The translations under genes were made by a program, and so were the position numbers. Under the pieces are notes generated by a model. It ran no database searches. It was not told the DNA's origin and saw only the letters and a program-made list of their open reading frames with translations. Positions 25,848 to 35,129 of a stretch of 64,000 nt of DNA are shown here, piece by piece. The DNA comes from an uncultured Actinomycetes bacterium. GTDB taxonomy: Bacteria > Actinomycetota > Thermoleophilia > Solirubrobacterales > Solirubrobacteraceae. Every line of letters begins with the position of its first letter. The first letter of the stretch is position 1. The stretch covers positions 182,543-246,542 of the forward strand of contig CAWBIM010000017.1 of the NCBI GenBank assembly GCA_963788935.1. The letters run 5' to 3'.

Positions 25848-27697
25848 TCAGCCGCGCCGGACGACGACGGTCTGCGTCGTCGCCGCGGTCCGGCCGCCCG
25901 CGACGGCCGCGATCCGCACCGCGTAGCGCCCCGGTCGCAGGCCGCGGCGGGCGGTGAGCGCGACGGCGTTCGCGCCCTTGCGGGCGGCGACCGTCGTGCG
26001 CCCGAGCTCGCGGCGGCCGGCGCCCGCGGCGGAGACGGTCACGGTGACGGTCGCGTCGCGGTCGAGGCCGAAGCGGACCGTCGGCGCCAGGCGCGCCGCG
26101 GCGGCCGAACGGCACCGGGCGCGCGCGGCGGCCGTGCCCCGGGCGCGCAGGCGCGCAACGCCGCGCGCAGGCGCGCGGTCGACACCGCGTGGACGACGTG
26201 CGGGACGGTCACGCCGATGAGCCGCGGAGGGGTCGCCGGCGACGACGGGCGCGAGGGCCGGTGGTGGGCCGGGGCCGGCTCGGCGGGCTCGGACGGCTCG
26301 GACGGCTCGACGGGCTCCGCGGGCTCGGGCGTCGGGTCGGGGGCGGGATCGGCGTCGGGCGTGTCGGATCCGGGCGGCGCCGGCGCGGCCGGCGTCGCGC
26401 CGAGCTCGTAGGCACCGCGGTCGTGGGCGCCGGTGCGCGTGCCGCCGAGCAGGTCGGTGGCGGGCAGGCTGTATCCGAGCCCGCGGATCGTGGCGACGAC
26501 GCCGTCGGTCCCCGAGTCGACGGCCGGGCTGTCGGCCCGCAGGTCGAAGCGGTCGGTCGCGGCGTCCACGAAGCGCGGGGCGGCGGCGACGTCGTGCGCG
26601 CCGTAGCGGTGCGCGCCGGCGGGCACGAGGTTGTAGTCGGCGACCGCGATGCGCAGGCGCGGGTCGACGCTGTAGCCGTCGTCGAACACGTTGTCGGCGA
26701 TCACGAAGCCCTGGCTGTTGACCGGCACGCCGGGGTTCGTCCACCAGCGGAACAGGACGCCGACGCCGCTCGCGGTGAACGTGTTGTTCGCGACGACGAG
26801 GTCGTCCATCTGGTTGTCGAGCTGCAGCGGCGTGCCGCTCGAGCGGGCGAAGACGTTGTTCTCGATCGTCCACCCCGACGTCTGGTGGTCGGCCGAGGAG
26901 TTGAGGATCCCGGAGTCGTTGTCGCGGGCGACGTTGCCGCGGATCGTCACGTCCTCGGCGCCGAGCGACTGGATGACGTCGGTGTGCGCGCTGCACCCGC
27001 GGCGGACCTGGATGTGGTCGAAGGTGTTGCCCTCGATCAGCACGCCGGTGCCGTCCATCTGGATCGCGTCGCCCGTCAGGCGCTCGAAGTGGTTGCCGCG
27101 GATCGTGAGGCCCTGCGTGCCGGTCATCGAGCGCACGCCGCCGGCCTCGCTCGAGTCGACGGTGCAGGAGTCCGGGCCGTCGTGGAAGTGGTTGCCCTCG
27201 AAGAGGATGTCGCGCGAGCCGCGGATGTTCACCGCGTTCGTCAGGTCGTTGTCGACGAACGCGATGTGGTCGTTGCCGAAGTAGACGAGGTTCATCGTGC
27301 CCGAGAAGCGCAGGCCCTCGAAGCGCAGGTGGGTCGCGTCGCGGAGGTCGACCGCGAAGACGACCGGCGTCTCGCCCGGGTAGGGCTTCATCGTCACCGT
27401 CGCGGCGTTCGGCGTGCGGTCCGAGCCGTCGATCTGCGTGTACGGATACGAGCCGCCGCGCACGAGCACCGTGCCGCCGGAGGGCGCCTTCGCGGCGGCC
27501 GCGGTCAGCGAGCACCACGGCGTCGCGGGCGACGCGGCCTGGGCGGCGCTGCGCGCATCGCTGCAGGCGCCGCCGCGGCCGGCGACGTCGACGTACGTCG
27601 CGGCGTGCGCGGCCGCGGGCGCGGCGGCGAGGCTCAGCAGGGCGAGGACCGCGGCGGCGAAGGCGCGGCGGCGGGCGGGAGCAGGGCGGACACGCAT
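25848..27697 (-). pseudogene. secreted right-handed parallel beta-helix repeat protein with PE-rich linker and C-terminal Ig-like domain; frame break near 26100-26170
   Basis: Signal MRVRPAPARRRAFAAAVLALLSLAAAPAAAHA. Repeats: NIRGSRDILFEGNHF, LTIRGNHF, VLIEGNTF, VTIRGNVA, TIENNVF, VVANNTF. The C-terminal block LAPTVRFGLDRDATVTVTVSAAG..GANAVALTARRGLRPGRYAVRIAAV..TVVVRRG is in the frame of ORF 25848..27767. 1850 nt = 3n+2. Confidence 0.7.
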
Positions 27698-27778
27698 CGG
27701 CGTCCGTGATCGGCAGCGTCACGGACGCCACGCAGGAACACCATCCGTTTCTGGCCCTATTGGTCACCCGACCGGCGG

Positions 27779-28762
27779 ATGCGCCTACCGTGCCCGTACC
27801 GGGCCGATGCCTCCCGCACTCCGACTCATCCCTCGAGCGCGGCGACGCGCCGGCCCGTGAGCGGCCTCCGCCGCGGGGTCAACCTCGCGGGTTCGCTCGA
27901 CGCCGAACGGCCGGTGCCGCCCGACCCGCGTGACCTCGATCTCGTCCGCTCGGCGGGGCTCGACACCGTCCGCCTGCCCGTGCGCTGGTCGCCGCACCTC
28001 GCCCGGACGCCGCCCTACCGCCTCGACCCGGCGTTCCTCGAGGCGGTGGCCGCGGTGTGCGACGCGGCGCTGGCGCGCGGGCTGACCGTCGTCCTCGACG
28101 CCCACCACCACGACGAGCTGTGCGCCGACGTCGCGCGCGAGACGCCGCGGTTCCTCGCCCTGTGGGAGCAGCTCGGCCGCCGCTTCGCGGGCACCGGCCC
28201 CGGCCTCTGCCTCGAGCTCCTCAACGAGCCGCACGAGCCGATGGACGCCGGGGCGTGGAACGCGCTCCTGCCCCGCGCGCTCGCGGTCGTGCGGGCGACG
28301 AACCCGACCCGCCGCGTCCTCGTCGGCCCCGCGCGCTGGAACATCGTCGACGCGCTCGACGACCTGCGCCTGCCCGACGACCCGCACCTCGTCGTGACCG
28401 TCCACTACTACTCGCCGTTCCGCTTCACCCATCAGGGGGCGGCCTGGGTCCCGGGCGCCGAGGCGTGGCGCGGCACGAGGTGGGGCACGGACGCCGAGCG
28501 CGCCCGGGTCCGCTCGGACCTCGAGCGCGCGGCGGGGTGGGCCCGTGCGCGGGGGCGACCGCTGTTCGTCGGGGAGTTCGGGACGATCGCCGCCGCGCCG
28601 ATGGCCGACCGCGCCGCGTGGACGACGCTCGTGCGCGCGGAGGCCGAGCGCGTCGGCGCCGGGTGGGCGCTGTGGGACCTCGCGACCGACTTCGGCGCCT
28701 ACGACCGCGCGGCCGGGGCCTGGCGCGCGCCGCTGCGGGCCGCGCTGCTCGGTCCGGGCTGA
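27779..28762 (+). CDS. glycoside hydrolase family 5 (cellulase-like)
   Basis: RGVNLAGSLD, VVLDAHHHDE, LCLELLNEPH (acid/base Glu), VHYYSPFRFTHQGA, LFVGEFG (nucleophile Glu). No obvious signal peptide. GTG 27857 is an alternative start. Confidence 0.8.
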   Translation: MRLPCPYRADASRTPTHPSSAATRRPVSGLRRGVNLAGSLDAERPVPPDPRDLDLVRSAGLDTVRLPVRWSPHLARTPPYRLDPAFLEAVAAVCDAALARGLTVVLDAHHHDELCADVARETPRFLALWEQLGRRFAGTGPGLCLELLNEPHEPMDAGAWNALLPRALAVVRATNPTRRVLVGPARWNIVDALDDLRLPDDPHLVVTVHYYSPFRFTHQGAAWVPGAEAWRGTRWGTDAERARVRSDLERAAGWARARGRPLFVGEFGTIAAAPMADRAAWTTLVRAEAERVGAGWALWDLATDFGAYDRAAGAWRAPLRAALLGPG

Positions 28763-28843
28763 TCGCGGCCGACCGCCGCTCCTCCGGCCCGCCGCGGTCG
28801 TGCAGAATGCGGTCGCTCCCCCCACCCCTGCCAGGAGGAAGCG

Positions 28844-30646
28844 ATGACCGAGACCGCCGCCCACCCCGTCGCCGCGAAGGTCGACGCGTGGCTCTCGCGC
28901 TTCGAGAGCGCGCTCGCGGAGGGCGACAGCGCGGCCGCGGCGGAGCTGTTCACCGAGGACAGCTTCTGGCGGGACCTCGTCTCGTTCACGTGGAACATCA
29001 AGACCGTCGAGGGCCGCGAGGGCGTCAAGGACATGCTCGACGCCACGCTCGCGCACACGAAGCCGCGCGGCTGGCGCACCACCGAGCCGCCGACCGAGGC
29101 CGATGGCATCGCCGACGCCTGGATCGAGTTCGAGACCGAGACGGGCCGCGGCCGCGGCCACCTGCGCCTGCGCGACGGCCAGGCCTGGACGCTGCTGACC
29201 ACCCTCCACGAGCTCAAGGGCCACGAGGAGCCGCGCGGCGCCGGTCGCCCGCACGGGGTCGAGCACGGCGCCGACCCCGACCGCGAGACGTGGCTCGAGG
29301 CCCGCGAGCGCGAGGCGCGCGAGCTCGGCCACGAGACCCAGCCGTACGTCGTGATCGTCGGCGGGGGCCAGGGCGGGATCGCGCTCGGCGCCCGCCTGCG
29401 GCAGCTCGGCGTCCCGACGATCATCGTCGAGCGCAACGCGCGCCCGGGCGACTCGTGGCGCCGGCGCTACAAGTCGCTCTGCCTCCACGACCCGGTCTGG
29501 TACGACCACCTGCCGTACATCAAGTTCCCCGAGAACTGGCCGGTCTTCTCGCCGAAGGACAAGATCGGCGACTGGCTCGAGATGTACACGCGGGTCATGG
29601 AGCTCAACTACTGGACCTCCACGACGGCCAAGAGCGCGACGTACGACGCGGACGCGGGCGAGTGGCGGGTCGTCGTCGAGCGCGACGGCGAGGAGATCAC
29701 GCTCCGGCCCAAGCAGCTCGTCATGGCCACCGGGATGTCCGGCAAGCCGAACGTCCCCGAGATCCCCGGCATGGACACGTTCCAGGGCGAGCAGCACCAC
29801 TCCTCGCAGCACCCGGGCCCGGACGCGTACGCGGGCAAGAAGGTCGTCGTCATCGGGTCGAACAACTCGGCCCACGACGTCTGCGCGGCGCTGTGGGAGA
29901 AGGACGCCGACGTGACGATGGTCCAGCGCTCCTCGACGCACATCGTCCGCTCGGCCACGCTCATGGACGTCGGGCTGTCGGCGCTCTACTCCGAGCAGGC
30001 GGTCGCGAACGGGATCACGACGGAGAAGGCGGACCTGATCTTCGCCTCGCTGCCGTACCGGATCATGCACGAGTTCCAGAAGCCGCTCTACGACGAGATG
30101 CGCGAGCGCGACGCCGACTTCTACGACCGCCTCGAGAAGGCCGGCTTCCAGCTCGACTGGGGCGACGACGGCTCCGGGCTGTTCATGAAGTACCTGCGCC
30201 GCGGCTCGGGCTACTACATCGACGTCGGCGCCTCCGATCTCGTCGCCGACGGCAAGATCAAGCTCGTCTCCGGGACCGTCGACCACCTGTCCGAGAACGC
30301 CGTCGTGTCTGACCGACGGCACCGAGCTGCCCGCCGACCTCGTCGTGTACGCCACGGGCTACAACTCGATGAACGGCTGGGTCGCCGACCTCATCTCCCA
30401 GGACGTCGCCGGAAGGTCGGCAAGGTGTGGGGCCTCGGGTCGGACACGACGAAGGACCCGGGCCCGTGGGAGGGCGAGCAGCGCAACATGTGGAAGCCGA
30501 CGCAGCAGGAGGCGCTGTGGTTCCACGGCGGCAACCTGCACCAGTCGCGCCACTACTCGCAGTTCCTCGCGCTGCAGCTCAAGGCCCGCGAGGTCGGCCT
30601 CGACACCCCGGTCTACGGGCTCCAGGAGGTCCACCACCGGGGCTGA
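28844..30646 (+). CDS. flavin-containing monooxygenase-type NAD(P)/FAD-dependent oxidoreductase with N-terminal NTF2-like domain; internal 35-codon out-of-frame stretch
   Basis: VVIVGGGQGGIALGARL (FAD), VVVIGSNNSAHDV (NADPH). The expected LTDGTELPADLVVYATGYNSMNGWVADLISQDVA (ATGY motif) is readable only in the frame of ORF 30345, between an extra t at 30308 and a missing nt at 30411-12. Confidence 0.85.
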   Translation: MTETAAHPVAAKVDAWLSRFESALAEGDSAAAAELFTEDSFWRDLVSFTWNIKTVEGREGVKDMLDATLAHTKPRGWRTTEPPTEADGIADAWIEFETETGRGRGHLRLRDGQAWTLLTTLHELKGHEEPRGAGRPHGVEHGADPDRETWLEAREREARELGHETQPYVVIVGGGQGGIALGARLRQLGVPTIIVERNARPGDSWRRRYKSLCLHDPVWYDHLPYIKFPENWPVFSPKDKIGDWLEMYTRVMELNYWTSTTAKSATYDADAGEWRVVVERDGEEITLRPKQLVMATGMSGKPNVPEIPGMDTFQGEQHHSSQHPGPDAYAGKKVVVIGSNNSAHDVCAALWEKDADVTMVQRSSTHIVRSATLMDVGLSALYSEQAVANGITTEKADLIFASLPYRIMHEFQKPLYDEMRERDADFYDRLEKAGFQLDWGDDGSGLFMKYLRRGSGYYIDVGASDLVADGKIKLVSGTVDHLSENAVVSDRRHRAARRPRRVRHGLQLDERLGRRPHLPGRRRKVGKVWGLGSDTTKDPGPWEGEQRNMWKPTQQEALWFHGGNLHQSRHYSQFLALQLKAREVGLDTPVYGLQEVHHRG

Positions 30647-30665
30647 GCGCCGACCCGGCGGCGGG

Positions 30666-31148
30666 TCAGCGCAGCGACTGCGCGAGCTCCTCGAGCAGCT
30701 CCATCTGCTCCTGCACGCCGACCTCCATCCCGCTCTCCATGATGAGGTCGCGGATCTCCTTGCTCTCGACGTCGGTGAGCAGCTCGAGCCGCGTGCGCCC
30801 GTCGGCCTCGGCGAAGGTCGTGGTCACGATCGCCGGCGGGCTGCCGGGCGCGCCCTCGTAGATCTCGGTGTTGACGAGCCGCTCGTTCGGGACGATCTCG
30901 CGGAACTCGCCGTGGAAGGCGACCTCGTGGCCGCCCTGGGCGTCCATGACGTAGCGCCACGCGCCGCCCACGCGGAGGTCGATCTCGGCGATCCGCATCG
31001 CGCCGCGCCGGCCGCTCCACCAGCGCATGACGAGCTCGGGCGTCGTCCACGCCCGGTAGACGAGGTCTTTCGGCGCGTCGAACTCGCGCGTGATCAGGAT
31101 CTGCCGGTCGGTCGGCAGCGTCACCACCGTGCCCGTGCTACTCGGCAT
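30666..31148 (-). CDS. SRPBCC (AHSA1/START-like) domain protein
   Basis: 160 aa. ILITREFDAPKDLVYRAWTTPELVMRWW..GGAWRYVM..FHGEFREIVPNERLV. Confidence 0.85.
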   Translation of the reverse strand: MPSSTGTVVTLPTDRQILITREFDAPKDLVYRAWTTPELVMRWWSGRRGAMRIAEIDLRVGGAWRYVMDAQGGHEVAFHGEFREIVPNERLVNTEIYEGAPGSPPAIVTTTFAEADGRTRLELLTDVESKEIRDLIMESGMEVGVQEQMELLEELAQSLR

Positions 31149-31503
31149 CGTCACCGTCTCCTTTCGCCTGCTCTCTGAGGTCGTCGAGCACGTCGTCGAG
31201 CAGCTCGAACCGCTCGGACCACAGGCGCTCGTAGGTCTGCACCCAGTCGTGGATGGGCTTGAGGGCGTGGCCGTTGACGCGGTAGAGCCGCTGCCGCCCC
31301 TCGTCGCGCACGTCGACCGCCCCCACCTCACGAAGGACCCGCAGGTGCTTGGACACCTGCGGCTGGGCGAGCCCGAGCGCCGCGACCAGGTCGTTCACGG
31401 GCCGCTCGCCATCCGCGAGGACATCGAGGATCTGGCGGCGGCGCGGCTCCGCCACGGCGTTGAACGCGTCTGCGGTGGTCGCTGCTCGTGCCACGCGCAG
31501 CAT
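31138..31503 (-). CDS. ArsR/SmtB family transcriptional regulator
   Basis: 121 aa. FNAVAEPRRRQILDVLADGERPVNDLVAALGLAQPQVSKHLRVLREVGAV. Overlaps the SRPBCC start by 11 nt (a common ArsR-SRPBCC pair). Confidence 0.88.
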   Translation of the reverse strand: MLRVARAATTADAFNAVAEPRRRQILDVLADGERPVNDLVAALGLAQPQVSKHLRVLREVGAVDVRDEGRQRLYRVNGHALKPIHDWVQTYERLWSERFELLDDVLDDLREQAKGDGDDAE

Positions 31504-31585
31504 TGTATGCCTATATGGGAATGTGTCAAGCGTCCGAAGACGCGCCGGCGCGGCACCGGCGCGCGCAGACGCGCCGACGCCGGCC

Positions 31586-32071
31586 TCAGACCGTCGTGAG
31601 ACCCGCCAGCGACGCGAGCGTCGCCCCGGCGCCACCGGCCGGCGCCCACCACGTCCGGTCGCCGACGACGCCGTCGGCGCTGAGGCCGTGGCCGGACTGG
31701 TAGGCCTTCACCGCCGCCTCGGTCCGCGGGCCGAACGCGCCGTCCGCCGGGCCGGGGTCGGTCGGCGCGCCCGGGCCGCCGAACGTGCGCAGCGCCTGCT
31801 GCAGCGCCGTGACGACCGCGCCGTGTGCGCCCGAGCGGATGACCGGCGTGTTCGGGTCCGCGGGCAGCTTCGCCCAGGTCAGCGGGCCGACGATCCCGTC
31901 GGCCGTCAGGCCCGCCCCGGACTGGAAGTCGCGCACGGCGGCGTCGGTCTTGGGGCCGAAGTCCCCGTCGATCTCGGTCGGGCCGAGCGTCTTCATCATC
32001 ACGAAGAGGCGCTGCAGGCGGCGGACGTCGTCGCCGGTCGAACCGGTCTGGAGCGTGGGTCCGTGGTTCAT
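31586..32071 (-). CDS. protein made of two PG_binding_1 (putative peptidoglycan-binding) repeats, no export signal
   Basis: GDDVRRLQRLF..IDGDFGPKTDAAVRDFQSGAGLTADGIVGPLTWAKL and VVTALQQAL..ADGAFGPRTEAAVKAYQSGHGLSADGVVGDRTW. Confidence 0.85.
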   Translation of the reverse strand: MNHGPTLQTGSTGDDVRRLQRLFVMMKTLGPTEIDGDFGPKTDAAVRDFQSGAGLTADGIVGPLTWAKLPADPNTPVIRSGAHGAVVTALQQALRTFGGPGAPTDPGPADGAFGPRTEAAVKAYQSGHGLSADGVVGDRTWWAPAGGAGATLASLAGLTTV

Positions 32072-32075
32072 CGCG

Positions 32076-32510
32076 TCAGTCCCCCAGGGAGTCGATCGCG
32101 TCCCACGTGTGCGGGCCGACGACGCCGTCCTCGGTCAGGCCCGCACTGCGCTGGAGCGCCCGCACGCCGCGCTCCGTCGCCGGGCCGAAGCTGCCGTCGA
32201 CGTCGCCCGCGTCGTAGCCGGCGAGCGTCAGGCGCTTCTGCACCCGCCGGACGGCGAGGCCCTTCGCGCCCTGGCGCAGCACCGGGTGGCTGAAGACCGC
32301 GTCCTCGTCGATGTTGAGCCACGTGATCGGGCCGACGATGCCGTCGACCGTGATCTCCTTCTCGTGCTGGAAGGCGCGGACCGCGGCCTCCGTGGCCGGG
32401 CCGAAGTCGCCGTCGATGGGCCCCGGGTCGTGCCCGGCCTCCTTCAGCGCCTCCTGCAACTGACGGACCGCGGTCCCGCTCGAGCCGCGCTTCAGCACCG
32501 GTTCAGCCAT
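32076..32510 (-). CDS. protein made of two PG_binding_1 repeats, no export signal
   Basis: SGTAVRQLQEALKEAG..IDGDFGPATEAAVRAFQHEKEITVDGIVGPITW and GLAVRRVQKRL..VDGSFGPATERGVRALQRSAGLTEDGVVGPHTW. 4 nt upstream of the next paralogue. Confidence 0.85.
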   Translation of the reverse strand: MAEPVLKRGSSGTAVRQLQEALKEAGHDPGPIDGDFGPATEAAVRAFQHEKEITVDGIVGPITWLNIDEDAVFSHPVLRQGAKGLAVRRVQKRLTLAGYDAGDVDGSFGPATERGVRALQRSAGLTEDGVVGPHTWDAIDSLGD

Positions 32511-32555
32511 GCGTCGTGTCCCTTCGGTTCGTGGAGAGAGGTGTGGCGCCCGCGC

Positions 32556-33002
32556 CTAGAACGAGAGCATCCCGCTGACGAGCGCGCGCCAGGTGACCGG
32601 TCCGACGATCCCGTCGACCGTGATGTCGAGCGCGTCCTGGAAGCCGCGGACCGCCTGCTCCGTCTTCGGGCCGAAGATGCCGTCGATCTGCACGCCCTGC
32701 GTCGGGTCGCCCGAGAGGTTGCGGAACTGGAACTCGACCTGGACGCCGCGGACGGCGTCGCCGGTGCTCCCGCGCCGGACGGTCGCGATGACCTTCGGCC
32801 AGGTGAGCGGCCCGACGACCCCGTCGGCGGTCAGCCCGGCGGCGTTCTGCACCGCGCGGACCGCGGACGCCGTCTGCGGCCCGAAGTCCCCGTCGACCGC
32901 GACGGCGTGCCCGTGGGCGCGCAGCAGCTCCTGCAGGGTCAGGACCGGGTGGCCCTCGTCGCCCTGACGGACGACGGGCCAGGGCTGGATCGGATCGCTC
33001 AC
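32556..33002 (-). CDS. protein made of two PG_binding_1 repeats, no export signal
   Basis: VLTLQELLRAHG..VDGDFGPQTASAVRAVQNAAGLTADGVVGPLTW and GDAVRGVQVEF..IDGIFGPKTEQAVRGFQDALDITVDGIVGPVTW. AGGAG lies 7 nt before GTG 33002. Confidence 0.85.
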   Translation of the reverse strand: MSDPIQPWPVVRQGDEGHPVLTLQELLRAHGHAVAVDGDFGPQTASAVRAVQNAAGLTADGVVGPLTWPKVIATVRRGSTGDAVRGVQVEFQFRNLSGDPTQGVQIDGIFGPKTEQAVRGFQDALDITVDGIVGPVTWRALVSGMLSF

Positions 33003-33120
33003 GGCGTGCTCCTGTGCTCGGGTTCGGCGGGTGTCGTGCGGCGACCGCCGGACCGGGCGCCGGGGTCATCCTCGCCGAGCCACGGCCGCGCCGTGGTGCG
33101 GTTGAGCACACTCCCGCGCG

Positions 33121-34467
33121 TCAGCCCGCGCGGGCGAGCGGCGCGGCGGCGAGCGGCGGGATCATGTCGCCGTGGGCCTCGAGGAGGGCCTCGACGAGGT
33201 CGCGGATCTCCTCGAGCGGCAGCTCGCCGGCGGTGTGCGGGTCGAGCATCGCGGCGTGGTGGACGGCCTCGCGGTGCCCGGTCAGCGCGGCCTCGACCGT
33301 CAGCCCCTGGACGTTGACGTTCGTCTGCATCAGCGCCGCGAGGTGGCGCGGCAGCGCGCCCACCGCCCGCGGCACGATGCCGTCGGCGCCGGCGACGCAC
33401 GGGACCTCGACGCAGCAGTCATCGGGCAGGTTGTCGATCAGCGGACCGCCCGCGTGGCGGTTGGGGACGTTGCCGTTGAAGGCGAACGGCTCGCCCGTCT
33501 CGCACGCCCGGATGATGTGCGCGCCGTACTCGACGCTGGCCTGCGGCTCGAGCGCCGCCGCGCCGTCGCGGTCGATCCGCGCGCGCAGCGCCTCCCACTC
33601 GGCGATCTGACGCTCGCAGCGACGCGGGTACTCGTCGAGCGGGATGTCGAAGCGCTCGATCAGGTCGGGCCGCGCCGCCTTGATGAACCACGGCACGTAC
33701 TCGGCGAAGTGCTCGGAGGACTCCGTGACGAACGAGCCGAAGTGGCGCATGACCTCGTAGCGGACGCGGTTGCCCTCCGGCACGCGGCCCTCCTCGATCA
33801 CGCGATGCAGCGCCGGGTAGAGGTCCTCGCCGTCGTGCTCGAAGCGCAGGAAGAACGCGACGTGGTTGATGCCCGCGACGTGGTAACGCACCTCCTCGGC
33901 CGGCAGCCCGAGGTCGGCGGCGAGCTCGCCCGCCGTGTGCTGGACGGAGTGGCAGAGCCCCACGGTGCGGATCGTGCTGCGCTCGGCGACGGCCCAGCAG
34001 AGCATCGCCATCGGGTTGACGTACTGCAGCAGCAGCGCGTCCGGGCACAGCTCCTCCATGTCGCGGCAGACGCCCAGCAGCACCGGGATCGTCCGCAGCC
34101 CGCGCATGATCCCGCCGACGCCGAGCGTGTCGGCGATCGTCTGGCGCAGCCCGAACCGCTTGGGGACCTCGAAGTCGATGACGGTCGAGGGCCGGTAGCC
34201 GCCGACCTGGAACGACGTCACGACGTAGTCGGCCCCGTCGAGCGCGGCGCGCCGGTCGGTCGTCGCCTCGACCTTCGCCCCGGCCCCGTGCGCCTCCACG
34301 AGCCCGCGCGTCACGAGCTCGGAGGTGCGCAGGCGCTCGGCGTCGATGTCCATCAGCGCGAACGTCGTCGTGTCGGCGAGCTCGGGGAGGCCGAGGACGT
34401 CGCCGACGAGGTTGCGGGTGAACACCGTCGAGCCGGCGCCGACGAAGGCGATCCGCGGCATGGTCAT
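33121..34467 (-). CDS. glycoside hydrolase family 4 alpha-glucosidase/alpha-galactosidase (AglA/MelA-like)
   Basis: 448 aa. PRIAFVGAGSTVFTRNL (NAD), NPMAMLCWA, VGLCHSVQ (Cys-His metal site), GINHVAFF. Confidence 0.9.
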   Translation of the reverse strand: MTMPRIAFVGAGSTVFTRNLVGDVLGLPELADTTTFALMDIDAERLRTSELVTRGLVEAHGAGAKVEATTDRRAALDGADYVVTSFQVGGYRPSTVIDFEVPKRFGLRQTIADTLGVGGIMRGLRTIPVLLGVCRDMEELCPDALLLQYVNPMAMLCWAVAERSTIRTVGLCHSVQHTAGELAADLGLPAEEVRYHVAGINHVAFFLRFEHDGEDLYPALHRVIEEGRVPEGNRVRYEVMRHFGSFVTESSEHFAEYVPWFIKAARPDLIERFDIPLDEYPRRCERQIAEWEALRARIDRDGAAALEPQASVEYGAHIIRACETGEPFAFNGNVPNRHAGGPLIDNLPDDCCVEVPCVAGADGIVPRAVGALPRHLAALMQTNVNVQGLTVEAALTGHREAVHHAAMLDPHTAGELPLEEIRDLVEALLEAHGDMIPPLAAAPLARAG

Positions 34468-35129
34468 GCCTCCCGTGTCTGCTGGATGCGCGAGCGAGCG
34501 AGGTCGCGACGCGCGAGGACGAGGCCGCCGACGGCCATGACCACGAGCACCGCGATGGCGACGTACGCCTCGGGCGAGCGCAGGTTACCCAGCGATCCGC
34601 CGAGCGCCGTGTAGGCGAACGCGCGCGGGGCGACCCCGATCGCCGTCGCGAGGACGAAGGCGCGGAGGGCGATGGGCGTCAGGCCCGCGGCGTAGTTGAC
34701 GAGCGTGTACGGCACACCCGGGGCGATCCGGGCGTAGAGCACGGTGAGGAAGCCGCGGCGACCGACCCAGCCGCGCAGCGCCTGGAGCCGCGGACCGGCG
34801 AGCGCGACGACCGCGTCGTGCCCCCACCAGCGCGACAGCGAGAACGCGATCGTCGCGCCCAGCGTGGCCGACGCGATCGACACCGGCGTCCCCAGCGCCG
34901 TGCCGAAGAGCAGCCCGCTCGCCGCCGCGAGGACCGGCCCCGGGAAGAGCACGACGGTGAGCGACGCCGAGATCGCGATGAACACGAGCGGCCCGGCGGC
35001 GCCGTAGCCCTCCACCCAGTCGCGGACGCGGTCGGCCGAGATCGACCCGGAGAGCACGAGGACCCCGACGAACGTCACGAGCGCCCCGCCGAGGACGGCG
35101 AGGCGCAGGAGCGCGAGCCGGCGCGTCAC
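34464..35129 (-). CDS. TVP38/TMEM64 (DedA/SNARE-associated) family membrane protein
   Basis: GTG 35129 gives VTRRLALLRLAVLGG.. . VVLFPGPVLAAASGLLFG. ARIAPGVPYTLVNYAAG. GTGA overlap with the ABC1 stop and ATGA overlap with the GH4 start. Confidence 0.85.
   Translation of the reverse strand: MTRRLALLRLAVLGGALVTFVGVLVLSGSISADRVRDWVEGYGAAGPLVFIAISASLTVVLFPGPVLAAASGLLFGTALGTPVSIASATLGATIAFSLSRWWGHDAVVALAGPRLQALRGWVGRRGFLTVLYARIAPGVPYTLVNYAAGLTPIALRAFVLATAIGVAPRAFAYTALGGSLGNLRSPEAYVAIAVLVVMAVGGLVLARRDLARSRIQQTREA

Noticed and set aside
26217-26415. Repetitive ggctcggacggctcg.. DNA that looks like a short-period repeat array
   Set aside because: It encodes the Pro/Glu/Ser/Asp-rich linker (PEPAEPVEPSEPSEPAEP) of the beta-helix protein. 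The repeats are imperfect and in frame, so it is not a CRISPR array or a non-coding array.
33080-33096. 7-bp perfect hairpin ccacggc-cgc-gccgtgg between GH4 and the first PG_binding_1 gene
   Set aside because: There is no U-tract on the transcribed (minus) strand, and such GC hairpins are frequent at this GC content. It is noted but not called.
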